DNA from: Octopus bimaculoides
Lineage: Eukaryota
Length of the DNA stretch: 64,000 nt
Direction of reading: 5' to 3'
Assembly: GCF_001194135.2 (NCBI RefSeq)
Contig: NC_068984.1
Span: forward strand, 106,577,965-106,641,964
Shown: positions 1 to 11,487 of the stretch, piece after piece
How the letters are laid out: each line of letters begins with the position of its first letter
How positions within the stretch are numbered: the first letter of the stretch is position 1
Position numbers and translations under genes: made by a program
The notes under the pieces: generated by a model
The model's input: only the letters and a program-made list of their open reading frames with translations
Database searches by the model: none
What the model was told of the DNA's origin: nothing

Positions 1-1297
1 AAATTTCTACCGATCTCTATTTTAAAGTGTGTGTGTGTGTGTTTGTATTTTTGTGTATCTGTGTGTACTGTAGCTGCATGTTTTCTAAACACCTACCAGT
101 ATAAACATTACTGAACGTCTGCCATATTGTTGCTTCGTAACAATGTTACCATTCTTAAACACATTTCCCTCTTATATTTCTGCTTCCCTACTTAGCCATT
201 CTTATAAGATCACTACCATATTTCAAATCTACTTTGATGCAAATCTACTTTGATGCAAATTTTCAAAAGTCTAATTTTAACCTTTAAAATTTTAATGTTT
301 TGCCTGTGCTGTGAACTTAGTTTCCTGTGAAATATTACATTAATCTTGTAAAGAAGTTCATTAGCTGATGACTATTTTGATCCATAACAATGATTAAAAA
401 ATCAAAGTATAGTTGCGCTGGAAGAGAGTAAATACGAGTTTCCTATCATTTGAACAAGAATATTTTGTTCTATCTTTGGTAGTTTACGCGGTGAACTGAA
501 GAAAATTGTGGTAAAGTAACAATTTGGAACACAAGAACAATGGGAAAGGGCTCTAATAAATATATGAGAATCCAAAAACCACTATTCTAGTAGTGAAGAT
601 GCCGAATCTTAAGCGCTGATGAGAAATGAAGCCTGTTCTAGGCATACCATTAGATTGAAATGTCTAGTTTACAGCTCTTCGACTTGATTGTGTTGCGACC
701 ATCATAATAGCTATAGTGAATTTTTCGAGAATGTTTACGAGAAAACTAAAAAGCTATGAAAATATGTGATGCAAGAAGAATAAAATAAATTATTCCTGCC
801 GCAGTTTGGTATGGCATGATGATATCCGAAATCATCAATATGACGGGATATTACCAATAATTACACACACTAGCATGAAATACCTGCATATCTTCTTGCT
901 CAACTTGGAAAAGAATAAAAGTGTAAGAGAAAAAAATGGGGTGTCATATAGTAGCATTAAAATCACAAGCAAAACTAACGCACGAGTTGTTGGGAAAATT
1001 CAGTAATAAAACAATAATCCAATAATACAAAAGCAAGTTTTTATCAGATATGACAATAGAACTGTTAGAATGCGACCCAGCACTTAGTTCAGTCTACCAA
1101 CTGGATACTTCTGTAGGTGCGACTTCAACCCTAGCATTTTATACAGTATGAGTGATAATAATTTTTAAAATAATATGTCAAAGAAGTCAGTCTGAGTCGC
1201 TTGTAGAGGTCTTTCGTGTCGAGATTATGTAATGTATTCAAAAGTAGTTGGTACTCCAGAGGGTGTTTGTTTATTCATGAATAAAATAGAGTAAAGA

Positions 1298-1562
1298 GAA
1301 AAAAACCCTTTCGGTCATGAATGACCATGGGAATGCACCTAGAAAGTTACCCTCCGCGGCACAAGTCGGAGCAAGGTTGTCTATGGAAGACCAGCAGTCA
1401 CCCATGTATACCAGCACCCCTCTTTCCACGCCACTGATGTTATCCAAGGGAACGGCAAAAGCCAATACAGTGACGTCGCAACTCATTTCTACAGCTGAGT
1501 GAACTGGAGCAACATGAAATAAAGTGGCTTGCTCAAGAACACAAGACACAACCCAGTCCGGG
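1298..1562 (-). mobile_element. tRNA-derived SINE, family D body (head missing)
   Basis: Minus strand reads TGTGTTCTTGAGCAAG-CACTTTATTTCA-GTTGCTCCAGTTCACTCAGCTGTAGAAATGAGT; the same body follows a tRNA-like head at 32130-32338. Confidence 0.75.
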
Positions 1563-1569
1563 TATACAT

Positions 1570-1950
1570 AAGGTTATTTTGGAACCACCATAAAAAGAAG
1601 CCGTTCGAGATGCTCGTCGGCTAATGAAACTGTCCAGCAAATATTCATTTAGTGTCCGTGCATCGCTGTATAGAACCATATCAAAAGTTGGTGTCTCGTG
1701 CAGAATTAATCCAGTTATCAGCCATGTCGTCATGGTGACAAACAAACACTCTTCCTTTGATAACTGGGTAGTCTATTTCTGCCTGGTGATCATAGTGAGA
1801 GGGGCTTTGTGGCAGTTGCGTTTTCAAAGTTCCTTGCTGGTTCTGCCAAGACCTGATCAACTTCTTAGAGTATTACCTGAAGAAGATGACGTGTGAGTGG
1901 TGTGACTGATATGGCCAAAGGAACCTACACCAAGAACGGAATTGTTATTT
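1570..1950 (-). pseudogene. Possible highly decayed Tc1-like transposase fragment
   Basis: Frameshifted minus-strand pieces 'TKPLSL..RNRL', 'DMVLYSD' and 'FYGGS' resemble the Tc1 motifs KKP-L..RL, V-FSDE and GGS. Confidence 0.3.
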
Positions 1951-1959
1951 GGTGGTAAG

Positions 1960-2350
1960 GTCGTCGAAAGTTCCTTGCTTTGGTGCAATTAGTCAATGCC
2001 CCCCACTAAGCACACCTTCCTTGGTAAATTGATTTATATCCCTCTTGAAGTGCCCTGATACTGTTCCCAAAGGCCCAACAATAATTGGCACTGGATTCAC
2101 CTGCTCCATTTTCCATAGCCGGGCTATTTCGTACTTAGGCGGATTGTATACATCTATTTTTTCGCTTTCCTTCTTGACTAATCGTTTGTCAAAGAAGCAT
2201 GCAGCGTCAAGTATATAGCACATGTAGATTACGTTGTCTACCACCACTAGGTCCACTTTGTTGTACTCCAGTACCTTGTCTGATCGGATTGGGAAATCAC
2301 GTAGGATTTTGCAGGTCTCCGACTCCGCCATTCTGTGCTTTTCGCTCATA
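1960..2350 (-). mobile_element. Non-LTR retrotransposon 3' fragment, restriction-like endonuclease (RLE) domain
   Basis: ORF 1993-2349: KILRDFPIRSDK...KVDLVVVD...CYILDAAC...EKIDVY...EIARLW...VPIIVGPLG, a PD-(D/E)xK RLE pattern. Confidence 0.88.
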
Positions 2351-2359
2351 CCACATCTT

Positions 2360-2573
2360 GCCGCTCTCTACTGGCAGAATCGTTAGCACGCTGGATGAAA
2401 TGCTTAGCGGTATTTCGCCCATCGCTAAGTTCTAAGTTCAATATCCACCGATGTCAACTTTGTCTTTCATCTTTTTGGGGGTCGATAAATTAAATACCAG
2501 TGAACCACTGGGATCGATGTAATTGACTAGGTCCCTCTTCCAAATTTCAGGTCTTGTGTCTATGACAGAAAGG
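2360..2573 (+). mobile_element. tRNA-derived SINE, family A, followed by an (ATT)n tract
   Basis: A-box-like TGGCAGAATCGTTAG, core CTTTCATCTTTTTGGGGTCGATAAATTAA, GTCGA/TCGAC-type hairpin and AGAAAGG end; matches copies at 31562 and 40800. Confidence 0.9.
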
Positions 2574-2653
<80 letters not shown>

Positions 2654-2686
2654 TATTATTATTATCATTATTATTATTATTACTAT
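2574..2686. repeat. (ATT)n microsatellite
   Basis: Directly visible. Confidence 0.98.
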
Positions 2687-2792
2687 TAAACATTTGATAG
2701 TTTTAGGCAAATTTCAATTGCACCGCCCGCTACAACTTTTTGCTGAAGTGTGTGCAGAATTGTGCGTTCTTATTTTTTTCTAGTTATTGTTG

Positions 2793-2863
2793 GGGGTACT
2801 GGGGTCGATGTAATCGACTATCGCCCAACCCTCTACCAAAGCCTTGTGCCTATAGTAAATGGG

Positions 2864-2921
<58 letters not shown>
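2793..2921 (+). mobile_element. SINE family A 3' fragment plus (CTA)n tract
   Basis: TACTGGGGTCGATGTAATCGACTA...GCCTTGTGCCTATAGT, then (CTA)n at 2864-2921. Confidence 0.8.
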
Positions 2922-2922
<1 letters not shown>

Positions 2923-3278
2923 ATTCTGGATTCGAATACAGTCGCTTTTCAGAGTTTATTAAGTAAAATACCTATCACAAAATGGAGCTGATATCATCAT
3001 GTAACACCATCCCCATTAAAGTTGCTGGCCTAGAACCAAAATTAAATAACTATTATTATACTTGAATATTTGTGTAAATGGATATTTATATAAATGTTAT
3101 TATTTGGCAGTGAATCTATTAAATGTTTTGTCTTTGGTTCGTTTACAGATAAAAACCTCGCATTATTTCAATGTTCATACCATTAACCTGGGGTAGAAAA
3201 CTAGAAAACAAAAGTAGTTCAAATAATTCCTGGTTTTAACTGTACATATTTCTCCAATCAGCCATTAGCCATATTTAC

Positions 3279-3346
3279 TCATGTTGAAAGATGGTTCCCT
3301 CAGCGGTAGACGGAAGAGGTGCTCCTTATGATGGTAGTGGCGCTTG
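3279..3346 (-). CDS. Candidate coding exon (KRHYHHKEHLFRLPLREPSFNM) of an unidentified gene
   Basis: GC-richer island with a poly-T acceptor (tttt...gtgttatttaag|C) and a possible donor A|gtaaat; only one frame is open across the whole exon. No homolog recognised. Confidence 0.3.
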
Positions 3347-3849
3347 CTTAAATAACACACACAAAAAAAAAAAAAAAATCAACGCTCGCATCCGCTCCAA
3401 TACAAATTTTCAAATACGAAAACGTATTTGAAAATAAAAATAAAAATGAACATTAAACTGAGAGAAAGATGGGAAGAGAAGAGGCTATGCAATTAGTAGA
3501 TGCAAATACAAAAAAATCAAACATTTAAAACTTCAATTTAAATTTTAAAAATAGTAGTATAGAGTACGAAGAGCAATGATAACGCCGCCCACCGATATGT
3601 GTTTTTTATATTTTGATAAACTCGTTCGTAATTAGAGTTTTCTTAATATGGACTAGTTTAAAAGATAAGGTGACGTTATAAGCCATGTGTCTCGACGAAG
3701 AGTGCGCATTGTTGATTGAAAAAGTTTCACAAGAAAGGTCGGGGAGCTAGATAATACAATCATGATTTACACAGAAACTAAAACCCATCGAAGGAAGAGG
3801 AGAAGATAAAATGATGAATAAGAATAAGAAGAGGAAATATTATTATTAT

Positions 3850-5826
3850 TTATGGTTTCCTTTCATTATAACTTTATTTCAGCTGCCTTAGTACCGGGCA
3901 TCATCCTGAGGTCAAGAGTATCAAGGATACTTTTGTTTTGCTATGCATGCTAAAATTATCACCCCATTTATTCCCTTTTAGATGGAGAGTGCTTTCTGTA
4001 GTGTATGGGCTGTACTCATCAAAGTTATCTTTTGTAGTTCACGGTGATTGGAGTTATCAGGAAGTTACTTAATATACTTCCCAGCTCCCTTTTATATCAT
4101 TCCCAACGCACCAATTACTACTGGTATTATCGTAGTACTAAGCTTCCACATTTTGTGATTTCAATTTGCTGATCTTTATAGTGAGAAAGCTTTTTGTATT
4201 CTTTTCTTGAGACATTTTGATCTTGTGGGACTGACATATCTATTAACTGACAAGTTCCTTTGTTGTAGTCCTTGATCAAAATGTCTGGTCGATTGGAGTC
4301 AATTTTCCTGTCTGTTTGTATTGAGAAGCTCTAAATGATGGTGATGCCCTCGCCACTTACTACATCCTCTGGATGGTGCCTGTACCACTTATCATGGGAT
4401 TTAATTTTATAGCATTTATGAGCATTCCAGTGGATGTACTGCCTTAGTCTGTCATATTTAATGGGGTACTTTTATTCAGCGAGGACTGGGCAGCCAGAAA
4501 CAACATGATCAATTCTATCTGAATTTTCCGCAAATTCTGCGCGAGGAATCAGATCAATCTTTAAGGACGTTTGCATGGTGGTTTCTGGTTGGGAAGCTCT
4601 GATCTTGCGCTACAAACCATTGGAGTGTTAGATTTTTGTCAATATCTGGCTTGGACAGATATTGATTCATGATTACTTCTAAAAATTTCACAATTGTTAG
4701 AGCTATCTTGATTCTATGCAAGAGTTTACATCTCCAGTTGTCTTCGATATTACCCACGAAAGCATTTTTTGCTTTTTGTTTCATTATTTTTGCATCAATT
4801 ATAAGCTTGTCACTATTTGGATCTCTTTGGTGTTTCTGATTGGTAATTTCTAAATCAGGAGAATAAATGGTAGGTCCGTCAGTATTTGGGCATCTTTTGT
4901 GAGTCCTATGTTTAACTTATAGTCCAAGAGACTTTTAAAATTTCTGACTAAGCTTCATGACTGAAGCTTGCTTGGAACCTTGATGCTTCAGTTCAGTTCG
5001 TAAGATCACATCACTTGTATTAAGGTACGTTTCAAGGCCTATTATTGCTGATTTGAAGCTGTATCAGACCTCTTCCACCTATTTTTCTTGGGAGATAAAT
5101 CCTGTCTACATCTGATTTTAGATGGTGCATTCGGTACTTTGTAAAGATTTTAAGGATTTTTCCATCCATATTCTGTATGTCAGTGAGATCCATTTAATGA
5201 TACCGAAGCTCTATGTTGGTACTGGTATGGCAAAAAAATTGATCGCATTAATTCTGTTAGCAGCATTTAATTCTGAGTTTAGGACCATTCTTACGGTAGC
5301 ATTTCTTGCGGATTTTCTCTTTCACTTGAAAGCGCTGGATACTATCACCTTCATTAGTTCCCAGATATTTATATACTTAGCATTGGTCTAGGTTTCGAAT
5401 AGCTGTGAAGTATCAAGTTCTATGTTTTCTGCCTTTATGAACGTCCCTGCCTCGACAGTAGCCTTTGCATATTTATCAAGTCTGAATTCCATACCTATAT
5501 AAGATCTGAATTCTTTGAAAATATTCAGGAGCTCTTCCAATTCTTTGTCGTTTTTGGCAAACAATTTTAGATCATCCATATAGAGTAGATGAGTAATTTT
5601 CTGGTCAAAAGTCTTATATCCTCTCTTAACATTATTCAGTTGCATGGATAAAGGGCGAGGCAGAATAGTAATGGTGATAACGAGTCAACTTAAAAGATAC
5701 CACAGGCGATATTGATGTCTGGTGAGGTGGTATATCCTTGTCTATGGTTTAAAATGAGTGTCGTTCTCCACGACTTCATGATTACTTCTAAAATTTTCAC
5801 AATTATTAGAGCTATCTTGATACTAT
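3850..5826 (-). mobile_element. 5'-truncated R4/Dong-like LINE (RT + CCHC + RLE), decayed
   Basis: Minus-strand HLLYMDDLKLFAKNDKEL, AQDQSFPTRN, NRPDILIKD, PVVIGALG and ELQKITLMSTAHTLQKALS; (AAT)n on both sides. Confidence 0.92.
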
Positions 5827-5980
<154 letters not shown>

Positions 5981-6040
5981 GAGTGAGAGAGCAGTGCATG
6001 CCATCAAAGTGACACTGAGGTAAAATATACGAAGCCCAAC
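5981..6040 (-). mobile_element. Terminal 60 bp of interspersed repeat X (rest lost in gap)
   Basis: Reverse complement of 11261-11320 (…ATTTTACC-CAGT-TCACTTTGATGGCAT-C-CTGCTCTCTCACTC). Confidence 0.8.
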
Positions 6041-6749
6041 NNNNNNNNNNNNNNNNNNNNNNNNNNNNNNNNNNNNNNNNNNNNNNNNNNNNNNNNNNNN
6101 NNNNNNNNNNNNNNNNNNNNNNNNNNNNNNNNNNNNNNNNNNNNNNNNNNNNNNNNNNNNNNNNNNNNNNNNNNNNNNNNNNNNNNNNNNNNNNNNNNNN
6201 NNNNNNNNNNNNNNNNNNNNNNNNNNNNNNNNNNNNNNNNNNNNNNNNNNNNNNNNNNNNNNNNNNNNNNNNNNNNNNNNNNNNNNNNNNNNNNNNNNNN
6301 NNNNNNNNNNNNNNNNNNNNNNNNNNNNNNNNNNNNNNNNNNNNNNNNNNNNNNNNNNNNNNNNNNNNNNNNNNNNNNNNNNNNNNNNNNNNNNNNNNNN
6401 NNNNNNNNNNNNNNNNNNNNNNNNNNNNNNNNNNNNNNNNNNNNNNNNNNNNNNNNNNNNNNNNNNNNNNNNNNNNNNNNNNNNNNNNNNNNNNNNNNNN
6501 NNNNNNNNNNNNNNNNNNNNNNNNNNNNNNNNNNNNNNNNNNNNNNNNNNNNNNNNNNNNNNNNNNNNNNNNNNNNNNNNNNNNNNNNNNNNNNNNNNNN
6601 NNNNNNNNNNNNNNNNNNNNNNNNNNNNNNNNNNNNNNNNNNNNNNNNNNNNNNNNNNNNNNNNNNNNNNNNNNNNNNNNNNNNNNNNNNNNNNNNNNNN
6701 NNNNNNNNNNNNNNNNNNNNNNNNNNNNNNNNNNNNNNNNNNNNNNNNN

Positions 6750-6841
6750 AGAAGAAGAAGAAGAAGAAGAAGAAGAAGAAGAAGAAGAAGAAGAAGAAGA
6801 AGAAGAAGAAGAAGAAGAAGAAGAAGAAGAAGAAGAAGAAG
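6750..6841. repeat. (GAA)n microsatellite
   Basis: Directly visible after the gap. Confidence 0.97.
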
Positions 6842-7289
6842 AGCTAGATGAGAGGCAGTTACATAGTTCCACTACAGTACTAAGAATATGGAAAATAATG
6901 ACTTATTGTAAGACTCCAAATAGAGATTTATGGACAGAATTGGAATATTGAATGGCGGCTGCCTAAGATCAAGCGCTAAATACTAATTCATCAAATAAGG
7001 ATATATATATTCCCCTATTTGAACGAAGAAATACTGCCTATGTTATCAGCAAGAGGAAAATATTGATCATAATGTAGCAGGCTGCTGTATATTAGCCTAG
7101 AAAATATAGAAGCGATAGCACGATCAGGTCCGTTTCAGTTTAGACTGGTCGCTTTGTAAAATGCATACATTCGCAACATTTCAGACGAATGCTGTAATCA
7201 TGTACTATGAAAGCCGGTGAATGAACCTCGTGAACAATAATATTCAGTCATTTTGATATGTAGCCAGAGAGAAAAATTGAACATATTTT

Positions 7290-7580
7290 ACCAGATATCA
7301 TTATGTATGGTATAGAACAGACTGGATAACAGTACACGTTGCAATTCCTTTATACAAAAATATTGTATGGGAATTGAAGAAATATCGTAATGTTGTAAAA
7401 TAAAATTAAATCTGTCAATAATATGGGGATGTACAGTTGCAAAGCTGAAAGTAGTTCCAGTTATCATAGTGGTATAGGGTTCTATCTCCCCAAAAGTATT
7501 GTAGCATTTGGAACGGCGGAATTTCAAGACGAACATGCGAGTACTCCAAAAAGAAGTGTAATACTTCAAACTTAATATCA
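7290..7580 (+). mobile_element. Decayed RLE-domain LINE fragment
   Basis: PDIIMY...; LKVVPVIIVV*GSISPK...MRVLQKEV. Confidence 0.65.
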
Positions 7581-7687
7581 AACACTTTATGGAGTAAGTT
7601 TGATGTAAAATAGATATCAAATGCTAGAACCAGTACGTGATATCTTTTCAATGCAACACAAAATAATAATAACAATTGTCTCGAATT

Positions 7688-7809
7688 TTAGCACAGGGCC
7701 AGTAATTTTGGAAGATGAGGTAATTCGATTACATCAACCGCAGTGTTTAACTAGTATTTACTTTATCGAACTTATTGACTAAGACCACAAAAACGGATGA
7801 AATGCTGCT

Positions 7810-7870
<61 letters not shown>
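7688..7870 (-). mobile_element. Decayed SINE family A 3' part, with adjacent (AAT)n at 7811-7870
   Basis: GCACAGGGCCAGTAATTTTGG...CGATTACATCAACC...TTTATCGA is the reverse complement of the family A tail. Confidence 0.65.
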
Positions 7871-7873
<3 letters not shown>

Positions 7874-7934
7874 GTGATAATGATGATAGTAATAGTCATT
7901 CCCTTCGATTTCGACATATGAGTGTTTGAAGGAA

Positions 7935-8430
7935 AGGATTAAAAACAAAACAAAGAAAAAGTTTGAAAAAGAAGCTGCATGTATTTGCGATGGACCTGTG
8001 AATGTAATTTGAGTATAGATATCGATTTGGCTATTAAGTCACGATGGGGACAATCGTGATTTTTGATTTTGCCTGGGATTTGACAAATGTGTCTGTTGAT
8101 TGCCGGATATAATTCTTTTATTGTTCCGTTACTCCATGACACATTTTACACCGATTTGATCGATCTTGGCAATAACTTTCCCGAGATGTTAAATTAAGCT
8201 GTAAGGATTTTAGTGATTGCTTTAACTTATCCTTATACCGTAGCAGAAGTATCCTTTTACAGCAGAATTCCTCTACTTGTTGGCCATAAAGGAATTTTCA
8301 TAATGCGATAATTTTGCATTCAAACAACCTGTTCTGCCCATCTGCACTGAATTTTAACAGCATCCTTTCGACGCTAGGGACATCACATGTTTCTGAAAGT
8401 TTGACTTTTGATATCTTATCTTGCCATTTT
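7935..8430 (-). mobile_element. Decayed LINE fragment from the region upstream of the RT core
   Basis: QIPGKIKNHDCPHRDL resembles the R4-type (A/S)PG-D-I-N motif; A-rich coding-like strand. Confidence 0.5.
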
Positions 8431-8649
8431 ATGCTGCAAATATTGTGCAGATGACACTGGATGTGAAAGCTTTCAAGTTTCTATCTATATGTGTCCTCAG
8501 GAGCGAGTTCATAGTTATTCCTGATGATGATGATGACAACAATAACAACAACAACCACAAACAACAACAACAACAATAATAATAATAATTAGAAGAAGAA
8601 GAATGCCCTGCTGACAACAAAATATGCGATAAGGAAGAAAGAAAACTCA

Positions 8650-8853
8650 ATAGATATGACAGGTTAGCTTAGGAGGTTAAGCCGTTATGGTCGCTTAAAA
8701 AAGTGGTAATAGTACCAATAATTGTCGAAGCCCTGGGAACCGTGAGTACAAATCTTGAGAAGTACATGGAACAAATAGGGGCTGTAATAAGAGTAGAGTA
8801 CTTGCAGAAAACAGAACTGCTTGGAACCGCTCGAATACTCCTGAAGGTGCTCG
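8650..8853 (+). mobile_element. RLE C-terminal end of a LINE
   Basis: VVIVPIIVEALGTVSTNLEKYMEQIG...LQKTELLGTARILLKVLE. Confidence 0.85.
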
Positions 8854-9685
8854 AAAAGCCCCTTCATGGCAAATACTGGGTTAAACTAAACGCAAAAGAA
8901 TTAGACAATGTAAAATAGCAACAATGGCTGAGAAGCTCAGGACTCAAAGCAGAGACTGAAGGATTTTTAATTGCAGCACAAAACCAAAGCGTCCCCTGCC
9001 AGAAATTACCAAAAACATGTAATGAAAAGAATTACAACTAACTGCAGAATATGTGGAGTTGGACAAGAAACAATAAATCATATTGTCACTGGCTGTCCAG
9101 TCCTAGCTAAGAAGGAATATATTCACAGAAACAACATAGCTGGGACCTACATACACAGGAAACTATAGCAACACTATGGAATAACACAAATTTTAAAAAT
9201 GTTATAGGCACACGCCAGAAAAGGTCACAGAAAATGAGAAAGCAACCATACTCTGGGATATGCCAATACACACAGATAGAAAAATTAAGCCCGATAGGCC
9301 GGATATAGTTGTCAGAGATCGCCAAGAAAAAAAAATGCTTCCCAATCGATGTATCAATATCAACAGATGACAATGCTCCTCTAAAACAAATGGAGAAACT
9401 TTCAAAATGCAAATATCTGGAAATAGAGGTAACTCGAATGCAGAGTCTAAAAACAGAAACAATTCTTATCATTGTAGGCGCATTAGGTATGATAAAAACA
9501 TGTACAGACAAAAACATAACAAAAATACCAGGGCTAACAAGTACATATAACATACAGAAAATAGCTTTACTAGGCAGTGTACATATCCCACTTAAAACAC
9601 TTTCAATACAGTAGAAATAAGAGCGCCACAACAAACCCCAGCACATACCCAGTGAAAGCACGTGATAAAAATAAGACTACTGAGT
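8854..9685 (+). mobile_element. R4/Dong-like LINE family 1, 3' part (CCHC + RLE + 3' UTR)
   Basis: KPLHGKYW, ETEGFLIAAQ, CRICGVGQETINHIVTGCPVLAKKEYIHR, PDRPDIVV and IIVGALG; ends GTGAAAGCACGTGATAAAAATAAGACTACTG+(AAT)n; highly similar to 12280-13127. Confidence 0.95.
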
Positions 9686-9702
9686 AATAATAATAATAAT
9701 AA

Positions 9703-10375
9703 TATCGAAATTGATACAACAATTGGAGAGTTAGACCACAACCGCCCATGTAAATATCTAGGAATAGGCAAAACAGCTAAAACGTAACTCACAGAAAATT
9801 AGGAGAGAGTATTACACTATTAAACACTGAACTTAATACTAAAAATAAGATAATAAAGATAAACATGCTAGCCATACCAGTCGTAGATTACAGCTTTAAC
9901 ATAATATACTGGAAGATCAGTGAATTGAGAAATCTAGATAGAAAACCAGAAAACTATTTACAGTATACCGAAGTCACCACTCCTAGGCAGACGCAGAATG
10001 AGCATATTTACCCCACTCAGAAGGAGGCTGTGGAATGATACAGATAGAGAACTACTATAGCATAACAATAGTTGGACTAGTAAAGTACTTAGAAACAAAG
10101 AGTGCTAGCCTACTGCATGTAGTAAAGCAATACGAAGAAAAGAAAACGATTTTCTCTATACACTAGGAGGCAATAAAATACAAAACAGAAACAAACTACA
10201 CTGAAACACTGACTTCAGATAACAACATAGCAGAAATGGTCAGAGACATTCTACGCAAAACACTTTCAATACAGTAAACATAAGAGCACCACAGCAAACC
10301 ACAGCACATACCCAAGGCGCATAGAGTTGCGCTCGGTAGTGAAGTGAAAGCACGTTATAAAAATAAAACTACTGA
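9703..10375 (+). mobile_element. Internally deleted LINE family 1 copy (RT thumb joined to 3' terminus)
   Basis: CKYLG…NMLAIPVVDYSFNII…AYLPHSEGG, then a direct jump near 10245 to ILRKTLSIQ* and the family 1 3' UTR; (AAT)n on both sides. Confidence 0.85.
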
Positions 10376-10377
10376 AC

Positions 10378-10493
<116 letters not shown>

Positions 10494-10527
10494 TAAGAAG
10501 AAGAGGAAGAAGAAGAAGAAAAGTGCG

Positions 10528-10765
10528 ACTGTTATCGAATAAACAATATTTCAACACTTCATATGTCTTCCACAAGTTCAAAATAATCATCTCAATCTAC
10601 TTCATTTTGGTAATATTTAAGGATTGGTGTTACTCCTCCAGAAGGTAAGGAAACAATAAGAGAAGTACGACTGTTATTGAATGAACAATGAAGTAGATTG
10701 AGATGATTATTTTGAACTTGTGGAAGACATACGAAGTGTTGAAATATTGTTCATTAGATAACAGT
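10528..10765. repeat. 79-bp inverted repeat (arms 10528-10606 and 10687-10765, 3 mismatches, 80-nt spacer)
   Basis: Manual reverse-complement comparison. Confidence 0.95.
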
Positions 10766-10772
10766 AATAATA

Positions 10773-11320
10773 ATGCAGTACCAGGCTGTGGCTCCCATGG
10801 CTTCTGATCTTAATTGATTGGAAGTGTTATCATGTACATTGTTTTGCCTTGGTATAAAAGATAGGCTACAGAAAATATTCTGCTCAATATCACAGATTTG
10901 CTTGTCACTTGTTTGACCTTAACCAGTTGAGTATGTCCTTTGGTGGCTGACAATATGTGCATCTCTGATCATGAGCAGAAATAGTGGGGGAGCATCGTAG
11001 CCATGTGTTGAGAGGAATTCTTTCGGGTTTGAATAATTCACCTTTGGAAACATGGGTGTTTTGCTCAATATCCTTAAACAAACCTTATTCAGGGACCTTT
11101 TGAGCGGGATGGGCTACTCGACCTGAAGAAAATTCTAAATGGGCCCCACCTGCAAGGACAAGCGCTGTTTATTTTGATATGAGACCACTATATCGTGCAC
11201 ATATGGTTGTGATGCATATGCCTGGTGTACCCTTATCAGACGGGTAGTCATGATGGGTATAATGGGCTTTGTATATTTTACCCCAGTATCACTTTGATGG
11301 CATACCCTGCTCTCTCACTC
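10773..11320 (+). mobile_element. Interspersed repeat X (unclassified; LINE UTR or SINE-like) abutting (AAT)n
   Basis: Same terminus recurs at 5981-6040, each time next to an (AAT)n tract. Orientation is uncertain. Confidence 0.65.
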
Positions 11321-11422
11321 AATAATAATAATAATAATAATAATAATGATAATAATAATAATAGTAATAATGATAACGATGATAATAATAATGATGATGA
11401 TGATAATAAGAATTATAATAAT

Positions 11423-11484
<62 letters not shown>
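11321..11484. repeat. (AAT)n/(GAT)n microsatellite
   Basis: Directly visible. Confidence 0.97.

Positions 11485-11487
<3 letters not shown>

Noticed and set aside
224-260. Small tandem duplications (16 bp at 224-255; about 24075-24125; 8-bp units at about 38145-38175)
   Set aside because: Ordinary slippage products with no spacer structure; not CRISPR-like.
616-670. CTGATGA…GAAA at 616 (likewise 47203 and 25378)
   Set aside because: No stem II closing onto the GAAA; 47203 and 25378 lie in retroelement coding remnants.
480-1000. Possible decayed transposase fragment
   Set aside because: No motif could be identified with confidence.
3269-3331. Plus-strand reading PYLLMLKDGSLSGRRKRCSL* as a terminal exon
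   Set aside because: The acceptor is weak with a competing upstream AG; the minus-strand splice signals are better.
11346-11484. Poly-I/N/Y/L/HT/CV ORFs throughout the track
   Set aside because: They are translations of (AAT)n, (CA)n and (TA)n microsatellites.
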